From: Amoebidium appalachense
Lineage: Eukaryota > Protista > Ichthyosporea
Direction: 5' to 3'
Assembly: GCA_963693365.1 (NCBI GenBank)
Contig: CAVNZM010000005.1
Location: 11,493,728-11,557,727 of the forward strand
DNA length: 64,000 nucleotides
Shown: piece after piece, positions 1 to 39,100 of the stretch
Numbering within the stretch: position 1 is the stretch's first letter
Layout of the letters: each line of letters starts with the position of its first letter
The notes under the pieces: generated by a model
Told to the model about the DNA's origin: nothing
The model's input: only the letters and a program-made list of their open reading frames with translations
Database searches by the model: none
Made by a program: the position numbers and the translations under genes

Positions 1-110
1 AACATACGGCCAAATGACCAACACACTAACCAATCAACCATAAAAAATAATCGGACAGCCAAGAAGAGCCTTGATAGGTGGAGAACAGAGGGGTAGTGGT
101 AGGGGAGGAT

Positions 111-143
<33 letters not shown>

Positions 144-207
144 TTGAGGGGAGGAGGGGATGAACGGAGAGAGGACCAACACTACAAATTGGAAGCAAGA
201 ATCCTAC

Positions 208-27663
<27,456 letters not shown>

Positions 27664-28368
27664 ACTCGCCCTGTGAACTGCTCAGGCAAAAACACGCCAC
27701 TGTTACCAAGCAGTAGCTTATACAAAAACACATGATGTACTGAGAAACAGGAGATGGCTTGTTGTGATGTTCCGCATTATAGGACGAGGTATAGCACGAG
27801 GTGCGGGCGCAGCCACTGTGTTCATTTTTGCCTGTAGTGATCCCTATTGTGTGGCATCTAAACAACGAGTGGATGAGAAAGCCACAAACAGGAAACGGCA
27901 AGAGGACAACAACAGACTTCCCAGGGGAAATACCTAGTGTCCACTCATCCCAAAGCCAACAGTAAAGGAATGGCAACCCCGCCCTCTCTGTGGATTTCGA
28001 ATTCCCCAGCCACCCTACCGCCCCAGCCACCCTACACGTAGGGCCTTTGCTCAATGAAGCCGGTGTTCTTTGGATTCTCTTTGTTTCCACAGCAAAAGAA
28101 CTACATGCATAAAAAACAATGTAAAAACCCGACCAACCTCCCCAGATCCCATTCCCATTCGAAACAACTGTTAGCCTCCTCTGCCAAAGCCAACCGACAT
28201 CAGTACACACACGGTGGGAGGGAGGGGGGAGGGGGGGGGGGGGGGGGGGGGGGAAGCAACAGGGCGGAAAGGGGAAGAGGGGGAGGTAGGGGGGGTGGGG
28301 GGGGTTGGCGAGGGGGGTAGAAACATACACACCAACCGCCCACACACACATACACACACACACACGCA

Positions 28369-28429
<61 letters not shown>

Positions 28430-29051
28430 GAAAAAAAAAAAAAAAAAAAAAAAAAGACACACACACACACACACACACACCTGGCGTCAGCAATCCACTC
28501 GTCACTAGATCTCCCTCCCTTCCTTTCCTCCTCTCTCCCCCTATCCCCCACGCCTAGTTAGCGCTCCTACCACACCTTGCTTTGTCCAGACCGTTTATAA
28601 AACAAATACAGCTTAATTTACACTTGTAATTAGGCACCTTATACAATATGAAGCATATAGTCAACTTCTACTCCTAACTCTCGACTCCTACTCTGTGACT
28701 ACGTATATACACTGCACACCAACTGAAACGTTTGTTTTCAGACCCAAGACCCAGCCAAGGCGCTTGCGAGACCGGGTGGGGCCCAATGCGCCAATTAGAT
28801 AGCGCCTATAGCTACCATATAAGATTAATCTTCGTCCTAGCCTTCGAGATTTTACTTCAGCTGGGAGGCAAAAAACCTTTGCCTGTGCAAAACTTCATGG
28901 CAGCCACATTGCCACAAACGCCAGATTCGAACTTGAAAGTTAATGCTTCTTTACATCCATACCTCAGTATCTTTGCAGTGCAGGGGTTACGGATTGCAAT
29001 TGGCCGCTCACCCTCATGATGTGCTTGGTTTGCGCATTCAAATTGTCATCA

Positions 29052-29113
29052 ACGATGGCAATGGGCCATGCCTGTGCACACGATGGCAATGGGCCATGCC
29101 TGTGCACACGATG
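29052..29113. repeat. 28-bp tandem duplication (ACGATGGCAATGGGCCATGCCTGTGCAC x2)
   Basis: Directly visible perfect duplication in intergenic DNA. Confidence 0.85.
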
Positions 29114-29268
29114 ATCCCATGCATCCGTGTTGTGCGACTCGGCCTAGCCAAGCGTAAACACATACATGTTTTATCATATATGTCAAACAAGCATAGAGAC
29201 ATATCAATTTGATTGGGGGCGACCAACAGCGACAGGGTTGGCCGGACTCGGTAGGAAGGAGGGGGGGG

Positions 29269-29310
<42 letters not shown>

Positions 29311-29750
29311 CGGCGGGGGGGGGGGGGGGGGGGGGGTCTTGGAGGAGGTCGGGGGAAAGGGCAGTGGATATCAAATATGAGCTAGGAGTTGTGGTGAAGA
29401 AATGGGTGGTGAGGATAACCATAATGAAGGTGAGGCCCCGGAAGTGGAGAGGGGGGAGGGGGGGGGAGGGGGGTCTATCAAACAGCATATCTAGATGGTC
29501 GACCTATCGACCCCACAAATGTAGACAGACTACATGCAACACGCGGCAGAGTGCAACCCACAACATCCTACACAGAAGAATATCAGCCACCACCACAATA
29601 CACGATACTTTGATGGGATATAACATGCAACCCACCACCTTCAACCCCTGCACACAGCAAAGTACACACCATGTTAGACCCGCCTCGGCCCTTTGAAAAT
29701 TCCACACCCGATCCCCCTAAACTTTGGACTCAATAGATAAGTAGAAAAAG

Positions 29751-29791
<41 letters not shown>

Positions 29792-30623
29792 ACCACCACC
29801 ACCACCACCACCACCCACCACCACCACCACCACCAGCAGCGAGGCTGGGGTGTAAATCCTTGGCTAAGTGTGAACTAGTAGTTAGGTTTGGACCAGGTAA
29901 CTCGGGAGCAAAACGGAATGAAGTTTAAAAGGCCAGAACAAGCCCCCTTATCCTTTTGCAAATAGTACAGCTTGATTGTTCTGCAGACGGTCTGTTTGAC
30001 GGGCTCAGTCTAGAAACTAGGTGTTACAGTATTAGATCAGTCTGTCGAGCTGTTCCCACCAAAATATATTAGGCGCTGAACATGACCTCAAAATGATTAA
30101 ATGAATAATGTGTCGTAGTCTAACTGAGATTAATTAAATGTGCGTGTGCAGAAGGTTTTGATGGCTTATCATCAAGTCGTTCAAAGGTTTTGGAGCGGAA
30201 GGGGGGGGGAGGGGGAGAGATGGTCGACATGATTACACGTGATGCATGTACACGTGTCCGTGGTGCTCGGGAGGGGAGGGGGGGCGGGAGGGGGGAAGGG
30301 GAGGGGGAGGGGGAGTAACGCATGATGCATGTGTTCGTGGTGCTCGCGGGGGGAGGGGGATCGATGGGGAGGAGGAGGGGGGGGGGGGAGGGGGGAGGGT
30401 AGATCTGTGGGCACAAACACCCGTCTCCCCCCCCCCTCCCCCCCTCCCCCCCCCCCCCCCCCCTCTCAGGACCACCCTCCCCCGTACCCTCCCTCTCACC
30501 TCTTATCACCATGTGGACACAAACACCCCCCCCCCCTCCCCTCTCTATGGCCTTGTAACCACAAACACCCCCCCCTCCCCCTCTCACTTTTGTTCTGGCT
30601 TCTCTAGAGATCTATTGCCGTAC

Positions 30624-30673
<50 letters not shown>

Positions 30674-30911
30674 GGGCATGAAAACAACTTGCCAAGAAAT
30701 ACACCAACCATTGAGGGATACGGGATCGGCGATTTTGAGTGGTCCCCGATTTCTTTCTGGCGCCGCCTTTTTTTCCCCTGATTACGTAACGCGTTGCTAC
30801 GCACCCACGCCGTACAACGAGTTTTGTGTTCGCACGTTAACGCAGAGGGCGCACAACCCGAAAGAATTTTTTTCATGAAAAGAAACTACTTTGAATACAT
30901 GCACTTTTACC

Positions 30912-31738
30912 ATGGGTGTGCAGGGCTTGCTCCCAGCACTCGGCATTAGTGCCGAAAAAGCCACAGATGTTACTGCAGAGTTGCAACGTGGGGTAGTTGC
31001 TTTTGACGGGATGGTGCAGGTCCACAAGTCCTTTTCAGTTTTCGCTGACACAGTAGCCAAACAGCAAATAGATGACAAAAAAGTCACAGACGACACATAT
31101 GCAGCTATTGCAAATCACTTTATGTCCAAAGTTAATACGTATAGGCTAGCAGGGGTCCAGCCACACTATGTGTTTGATGGGCGCAGATTGAAAGAGGGAA
31201 AACTAGTTGATAACGACCGTGCAGAAAAGGTGGTCAAAGCCCGCCAAGAAATAGCCACAAAAAGAGAGAAACAGGAGGAGGTAACTAAAAACAAATGGAG
31301 AAGCGCTGCAGAGTTAGATAACAGAGTTTTACATGCAATCATCCTTAGACTGAAAGATGAGAATGTCGATTACACAGTAGCTCCATACGAAGCAGACCCC
31401 CAGCTTGCCTGTATGGCACGTACCGGTTTGGCACACACTGTTGTCACTGAGGATGCCGACCTTCTTCTGTATAACATCCCGCGGGTTGTATACAAACTGT
31501 GCATTGCGGATGCGGCGGTCATCCCTGGGACCGCTAATGCGGTGCGCATTCCCAAACTGTACGGAGTGATTGTAACCCCCGCCGATGTTTTTACCAGAAG
31601 CACAAAGTACAACTTCGACGGATGGGATATAGAAATACTGCGTTATTTTGCTATTGTGAATGGCTGTGATTATGTGAAAAAGCTCAGGGGAATCGGCATG
31701 GGCACTTTTGTTTACGTTATCTTTCATAATGTGTGTGT

Positions 31739-31794
<56 letters not shown>

Positions 31795-31826
31795 GTAATC
31801 TTCTGACCGATCTAGTGAACCGATAA
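30912..31826 (+). CDS. EXO1/FEN1/XPG (Rad2-family) 5' nuclease domain, transposon-borne; true 3' end uncertain (recognisable homology ends ~31706, then the ORF runs into poly-G)
   Basis: Starts MGVQGLL in a good ACCATGG context. It contains AFDG, HYVFDG, VAPYEADPQLA, VVTEDADLL and the helix-turn-helix motif GCDYVKKLRGIGMG, i.e. the XPG-N/XPG-I acidic motifs. The nuclease domain is intronless and more AT-rich than the host exons. Confidence 0.88.
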
Positions 31827-32050
31827 TGAATGAATGAAGACCGTGTGTCAAATCTGAGAGCAATGTACCAGACCCTGGTGCCTGCATATGTTTCCTACCC
31901 CCCCCCCCCCCCCCCCCCCCCACCCCTCCCCCTGGTCCCTCCTCCCTCCTTGGTGTTTGCATACGTGCCTACCTGCCCCCCCCCCCCCCCCCCCCCCCCC
32001 CCACACGTGTGTGTGGGGGGGGGGGGCGTGCATGTGTGCGTGTGTGCAAA

Positions 32051-32113
<63 letters not shown>

Positions 32114-32300
32114 TTCCGTGTGTGCGTGGTTGTGTGTGTGTGTGAAGGGGGGGGGGGGGGGGGGGGGGGGGGAGAACGACTCAAGGTTGTACTTGGCACA
32201 CAAATACATAATAATTTCAATTATTATTATTATTTTCCTATACAGGAAAAGTGAAGCCCTACTGGCCGAATACATACATGCAAGCATTCATTCATATTTT

Positions 32301-32340
<40 letters not shown>

Positions 32341-32344
32341 CCCC

Positions 32345-32387
<43 letters not shown>

Positions 32388-32430
32388 CAGAGAAGGGGGC
32401 TTTAGGGAAAGGCAATCGAAAACGAAAATT

Positions 32431-33322
32431 CTACACCATGCTTTTGGTGTGCCCGGGCCCCACCATATCCTTATATAGTGGCTCTTGCATGTTACACAAG
32501 AAAGCCACAGCCTTAGCTACCATCCAATGGGTGCCTACCATCGACATCTGCACCTGATTGCTAAACAGCCGATAATTTTTCATGCGCCATGTTAATTTTA
32601 ATAATGATAATTTTTCACGCACATGTTCCCTCCTTCTTTTCGCTCGTTCACTGTCCTCTGCTTCTTCACTGCTCGTCTCCCCCCGCTCCCTTGCTCGTTT
32701 CCGTGTTTGCTCAATATCTGAGGCATCCATTCCTACAGCTTGCATATGACTATTGGCCCTTTCCTCCCTCAATAGCTCTGTACATCGGGTCTAGTTCCAT
32801 TCGGATGGGACATGCATCCTTTGTTAATTTCAGTTTTCCATTCTTAGCAGTAATATCATCATCGGTGAAATGTGCCTCGCATACAACCAGTTGCTTAAGG
32901 ATAGCCAGTGGCCAGGGGACTTCCACCTTCGGTTGCCCCCGTTTCCTCTTTGGTTGTGGTTCTTGTGCCGACTGCTCAGCTGGCACAGCCGAGTCATTGG
33001 CATTTTCGGATTGTGTGTCAGCTGTGTGTGTCTCAGTAGTGGTTGTGTCTGTATTTACGTCTGTCCCATCCGAGGCCTTTGGCCTTGTGTCTGTGTGTGT
33101 GTCTGGGTCGGGGGGTGCTTGCTTTGTGTGTTCTGCTATTTGTTTCCGCTCATACTTTGTTTGCTCCTGCCTGCCTATAGCATTTAACCAAGCATGCCTC
33201 CTAGCCAATACATTTGGTTTGCATCCATATGGAACAGTAAAAAGCTTTATCTTCCTGGTAGGATCTTTGGGAGAGACTGTTTCTTCGTCATTTTTGCAGT
33301 AGTTAGCCGCGCAAGTTGGCAT
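32431..33322 (-). pseudogene. Disrupted THAP-domain transposase (THAP N-terminus plus the C-terminal end of an ISL2EU/Harbinger-type DDE domain; catalytic core missing)
   Basis: MPTCAANYC...LFTVP...RRHAWLNAIGR...LVVCEAHFTDDDI...KLKLTKDACP fits the THAP C2CH signature. After a frame change near 32770 the sequence ends RMKNYRLFSNQVQMSM...VAKAVAFLCNMQEPL, resembling the RxKxYxIL...VCAxLxNxQxPL tail of DDE_Tnp_4 transposases. The DDE core is absent. Confidence 0.75.
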
Positions 33323-34471
33323 TGTGAGTGCCTAACATATATAGTTAGAAAACAACCCGCCTTCATGAAAAATGTGCAGCGCAGTTTTGTCCGGACACGT
33401 GTGTGGCATGCCGTGTGTACATGGTATAGCTCGGCCACACGATCTTAGGTGCCCAATAGGCAGATCAAGCCCACTCAATCCAGATAGATATCGATCTGAG
33501 CGGCGCCAGAAAGTATTCGAGCCGCGCGATCCCGTATCCCTCAATAGATCAGTGGTTCAGCGGTACAAGTACGAATTTAAGCACTAATGGCCAGGTGGCA
33601 ATAACCGGTGCTCTTTCGAATTCCCCTTATCCGTTCCGCACATTCGAGGGAAGTCATGGAGCTGTGGTCCCGGAGGGGTTGCTCAATGAAATCAGAATGC
33701 TGCAAGAACTAGCTACGATGAGTCGTCGGCATTACATGGTCGATTCCTCGAGGCACCCCCACGCGTCTCCAAATCGTACAAAGTCCGTCTGTTGCGTGTC
33801 CACAGACCTAGATAACATATCCCCCTACCACCACCACCACCACCTGCACCACCACCACCACCAACCCGCCCCAGCCCCCCACAGTCTCTTTTTTAGATGG
33901 CAATATCGATATCCGGTTATATCCTCTGTCTTTCGAGCACCACGAATGAGTGAATCGCGCAGGCCTGAGGGGGGGAAGGGGGGGAGAGGGGGGGGAGACG
34001 CGTGTTTGTGCCCACAGGGCGACACCTGAAGGGATACTATACACACGGCACATGCGCGCACCTCACGTGAAGTTTTATCACTGTCTGTTTATTACTTCAG
34101 CATTTGCCTTGTTATACTATATGTATATTATGTCGTAGTTAAATTTACTTCATTATAAAGATGACTCAAATCATACTGACGTTCACGAAACATTCGTTGT
34201 AACATAGACCAATGTATGTGGCATGATCAAGACCCTGCCGAAGCGGGCTCAATCAAGCCTATTTACATACGACACATTAAACCTAACCCCACGATACACT
34301 GAAAATCTTATCATTTAACTTCCAACATCCACATGCCTTTATAACACTTCAAAGCAGTGGCTTTACTATATGGCTCCTACTATCATTACTCTCACTAAAT
34401 CCACCCTATGCATATAAAAACTGGACTATAATTTTCCCATGCAAGTCTTCGTCTGACGTGCTATGGGGATG

Positions 34472-35271
34472 CTATGCCTGGGCCCCTTCTGGGCGGAAGA
34501 CCAGGTAGCTGATTTTCTCATTAACGAGATTGATGAGCTGTTTCGTTGGGCAGCGTGGTGACTCTCCCCTGACTGTAGCCGCAGTACTTTGTCTGTTGAG
34601 AAAAATGGTGTTAGCCATCCGGGAGGAAGGGGAATGAGAACATGTATTGTGTGTGAGTTTAGATTCCGCATGTCTGCTTGGGCTCTTATTGATAATGAAC
34701 ACGACCAAATGTTGTTGGGCAGGAACCCCCCCCCCCCCCCCCCCCCCTCCCCCTCCTTATCTCGCCCGTCGGACTGTCACCATGGCACATATGAGGGAAT
34801 GTGTGCGATGGTGATTTAGCAACCAAAAAATCGGCTGATTGGATAGAAAAAGTGAGGGTGTGTGTGACAATTACCTGGCCCTCACACGTGGGTAGGCAAA
34901 GGCAGCGTTGGTGTACCACAGAGTGGCCAGGACCACAGGGGGCTTGGTGTCGACAAAGCCAGCCGACGGGTAGGTGACCACGGTGCTATTCCAGTAGCCT
35001 GTGAGACCCTGGGCTGTGCCGGCAGCAAAGCGGGCACCTGGGCCACCCTGGGAGAGCGTGGACAGACCTGTGCAGGGTGGGTGTGAGCATACATGGACCG
35101 TGTGCATGCGGTTGGTTATAGCTACATAAGGGATGTGATGTAACATGGTACATATGCTCAATCCCAAAATGAGGTGTGGAATATGTTCACGATATATCCA
35201 ATGGCATGCACCACCCAAACCACCCTGTTCCCTGAATACTTGCTCTTTGATGTTAGATTTTTTTTTTTTTT

Positions 35272-35302
<31 letters not shown>

Positions 35303-35346
35303 GAGGGGGGAGGAGGGGGTTACATGCGTGGCAGCGTAGGGTGGGC

Positions 35347-35423
<77 letters not shown>

Positions 35424-35975
35424 GGTGGGGTTGGTAGACATACCCTGCTGTGTGGCTTCAATCATCACGGTGCCGATCCTAACACTCTTGCGGACATTGC
35501 TGTTGGGGTATGACTGCGCCCGAGCCAGAAGACCGTTCCTGGCAGCGCGCTCAATTCTCACGGTGGTAAGTTCACCATCGACAGAGTCCTGAACTGCACC
35601 GAGAATGGCCGGCACGGCCGTCACGTTGGGGTAGTGGAACAGGGTGGAGGTGTCTGGGGCAGCAATGGCTGACGAGGCAAACATACGCACGTTGCCGAAC
35701 TGGATGGTTGTATTTTGGGCCACGGCCAGCCAGGTCACAAACTCGGTCGGGTGCACACCGTCCCAGCATGGCGCCTCCATAATTCTGTTGGAGGCATGTG
35801 TCAGTGTCTGGGCCCAAAGCAACACATTCAAACCAATACAAAAACATGGACACATAGATGTGACGGCAGTGATGTATGTGGAGAGGGAGGAGATGAGGGA
35901 GAAATCCAGGGAAGGGGAGGGGAGGGGGGAGGTGGGGGGAGGGGGACAAAGGAAAGCAATGAAGGCAGCGAAGGG

Positions 35976-36007
<32 letters not shown>

Positions 36008-36121
36008 GAGTGTATGTGAGGTTGGGGGGGAAGGGGGGACAAAGGAGGCAAGGAAAGCTAGAGTGCAGGCGGGGGGAAGGGAAGGAAGGAAGGAAGGGGA
36101 AAGGAAAGGTGGTGGTGGTGC

Positions 36122-36155
<34 letters not shown>

Positions 36156-39100
36156 ATAGATGGGTAGAGTCTGAAGATTTAGCAGCAAGAGGAAAAAAGC
36201 CATGGGTGGCTACCTGATCTTGAAGCCAGTAGTGGTTACACCGCTGATCAGCACAGCAGCAGGGTCCAAATTGGCCGTCATGGAGGGTCCGGCCACAACC
36301 ACGGGGGGCTGGGCAAAGGCCCGGGCAAAGTTGACCTGCACCCATTTGGTGGTGTCGGCATACACCCCAGAGAACTGCCACTTAGGGGGTGGTGTGGTGG
36401 TGACTGGGGCATCGTAGCCAGTGGGTGCAGGGGCTGCCGTTGTGGTGGGTGCAAGCACACACTTTCCGGCCTGGAACACAAAGCCGGGGCTGCACGTGCA
36501 CTGGAAGCTGCCGACGGTGTTTTTGCACACAGAGTTGGCCCCACAGGGATTGCTGTAGCCGGCACACTCGTCGACATCAACACAGCTGCTCACACCGTCA
36601 CCCTCGAAGCCCGTGCCGCATGTGCACACTGAGTTCACACACGTGGCAAGTGCATGGCACACCTTGCCGCCACATCCTGCAGGCACCCATCCGTTAGTGT
36701 GCGTCCAGGATCCCCCTCCCCACTCCTCCCCCCTCCTCCCCCCGGTGCCCTCTCCCCTTCAGCCATGCTAGGGATTGAGACACTAACCCCCCCCCCCCCC
36801 CCCGACACTAACCCCCCCCCCCCCCCCCCACCCCTTCACCCCCCTTCTTTCTCCTCGATGCGAAGCAAAGCTGCACCCCTCCACCCCCCCCCCCCCTCCC
36901 CCCACCCCCCTCCCCAGTGCCCTCTCCCCTTCAGCCATGCTAGTGATTGAGACACTAAACTTCCCCCCTCCCCCCCTCCCCCCCCCTCCACCATTCTACC
37001 TCGCTCCCATTTACACACCTTTACCCCCCCCTCCCCCCCCCCCCCCTCCCCCCGGTCAACAAACAAGACACACGTCACTGCATTGTGCTTACCGCTGCTT
37101 CTGAGGCCGAAGACAAGACCATCCACATTGACCCCGGGCTTCACAGGGACAGCCACCTGTCCATCAACAGTAGCATCGCTCTCATAGCTGGCCAGCTTAA
37201 CGGCAGGGATCGTAACCTTCACGGTGTAGTCTCCCATGGCAACATTGTCAAACGTGAACACGCCATCAATGGTAGTTGTGCGTGTGCCCACAGCCTTTCC
37301 ATCCTGGCCCAGCAGGGTGACTGTGATGCCGGGGAACGGCCGATCGCCAGCCGCCGTACGATCTCCATTGATATCGTCGTTGACCTTGCCGGTGATGGTT
37401 TGCACCAGAGGGGCAAGGCCAAACACTACCTTCACGGGGGAGTTGGACACAACAACTTGTGCCTCGCCATTGGCGCCGCCGTACATCACACCCATTCCTG
37501 GGGCCAAGACGACACGGACAGAGTACGGCCCAGGCCCAACAGGTGTGAAGTTGGCTGTGCCGTCGGCACCGGTGGTGAGTGTCTGCAGCGGAGTGGTGCT
37601 GCCAGATGTAACTAGCTGCACAGTGTATCCCTGCAGTGGGGCATCACCCGCGGGCTGGCCGTCGCGGTTGGCATCTGCAAGCACCTGCACGGTGATTGGC
37701 TGGGGTGCCAACATGAGGCCATAGACCACGTCCACGGCTGTGCCGGGCACCACGTTGATGGCTGTAGAGCCACCCTGGCCACCGTAGCTGACAACCATGC
37801 CCGACGGCAGGGTTATACGCACGGTGTACTGGCCGGAAGGCACGTCCGGGAACGAGAAGCTGCCGTCTGCGGCGGTCTGCTTAAGAGCCAGCACCTTGCC
37901 GCTGCCGTCCATAAGTGCAACCATCACAGATGCAATGCCAGAGTCACCGGTTGGTTTGCCGTCGCGGTTGTCATCCGACAACACACGGCCCGTCACAGTC
38001 TGTGTGGTGGGCTTCAGGCCCATTGCCACGGTGACGGTCTGCTGCAGGCTAACACTGACCTGCACCTTGCCATCGGCCGTGTTGTCGCCGTCATAGCTGA
38101 CAGCCATATTGGCCGGGGCAGTGATGGCCACAGTGTATGTGCCAGCATTGAGACGGTCCACACGGAAGGCACCCTGCACGTCCGTAGCATCCTGGGCAAT
38201 GACCTTGCCGCTGGCATCCAGAACCTGCACGGGCACACCGGCAACACCCTTGATATCGCCTGTTGGACCGGCCGCACCCTCATCCACACGAACCATACCT
38301 TCAATCACACCCGTGTTGGCTGCCAGCAGACCGAAGGACACTGTCGGGTGCTGGCCCACTGCTATGGTGATAGCCACGGAACCATCACGGGCAGAATCCT
38401 GCTCGTAGACAACAACGTGGTTGGCGGGGATGTCAATCTTGACGGTGTAGTTGCCCACAATGACGTTGCTGAAGCTGTACTTGCCGCTGGCATCACTGAC
38501 CGTCTGTGCTGATGTACGGCCGCTGGGATCCAGCAGCAGCACCGGCACATTGGGGAAGGGTGCACCCTTTGTTGGGTCCTGGCCCAGGAACACGGTACCA
38601 GACACGGTGCACACGGAGGGCAACAGACCCCAAACAAGCTCGACAGGCTGGTCGGCAATGGTCACGGTGCCTTCAGCATCCTTGACCCCAGCTGAGCCGT
38701 AGCTGACCGTGGTACCGGCGGGCAGTGTGAGGCGCGCAACATAGCTACCAGGCTCACCCGTGTAAACAAAGCCGCCAGTCTGGTCGGTAACCATCTTGGC
38801 TACCTCAACGCCAGCGCGAAGAATCTGCACGGGGATGCCGGGTGCCACCTGGACATCGTTGGCCTGGCCATCACGGTTGGCATCAATCATGACCCGGCCA
38901 GTGACCTTGCCACCTACGTTGGGCTTGAGGCCAAAGAGGAACGTGGTGGTGACGTTTTCCTTGAGCTCGAAGGCCACCTTGCCATCTAGGTTCCGGTCCT
39001 GGTCAAAGGTGACCGTGGTAGCCTTGGGGACCACCATCTCAATGATGTATGGGCCAACGGGCATGGGGTTGAAGACAAAGTCACCAGCGTCGTTGGAGTA

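Larger units (their letters stand above)
30712..33543. mobile_element. DNA transposon, ISL2EU/PIF-Harbinger-like, non-autonomous internal-deletion derivative carrying an XPG/EXO1-family nuclease gene
   Basis: Perfect inverted repeat ATTGAGGGATACGGGATCG (30710-30728) / CGATCCCGTATCCCTCAAT (33527-33545), plus a second inverted block CTTTCTGGCGCCGC (~30753-30766 / ~33500-33513). The outermost AT on each side can be read as a 2-bp TSD. It encloses a THAP-domain ORF with a DDE_Tnp_4-like C-terminal tail and a convergent nuclease ORF. Confidence 0.85.
30405..34017. repeat. Outer inverted-repeat pair (30405-~30470 and ~33964-34017) enclosing the transposon
   Basis: Left CTGTGGGCACAAACACCCGTCTCCCCC...CTCAGG matches the reverse complement of right CCTGAG...GGGGGAGACGCGTGTTTGTGCCCACAG, with one mismatch in the unique part. 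CACAAACACCC sub-repeats recur at ~30518 and ~30560. No TSD seen. Confidence 0.6.

Noticed and set aside
30912-31826. Labelling the nuclease as the host EXO1 gene
   Set aside because: It lies inside TIRs next to a THAP transposase remnant, lacks introns across the domain and differs in composition from host exons, so no gene symbol was assigned.
33595-34029. 144-aa plus-strand ORF right of the transposon
   Set aside because: Non-ATG start, poly-His from (CAC)n, and no recognisable motif or splice support.
36749-36960. Duplicated ~40-bp intronic block CCTCTCCCCTTCAGCCATGCTAG.GATTGAGACACTAA (similar case at 4528-4680)
   Set aside because: Local slippage-type duplications between simple repeats, with no evidence of mobility or function.
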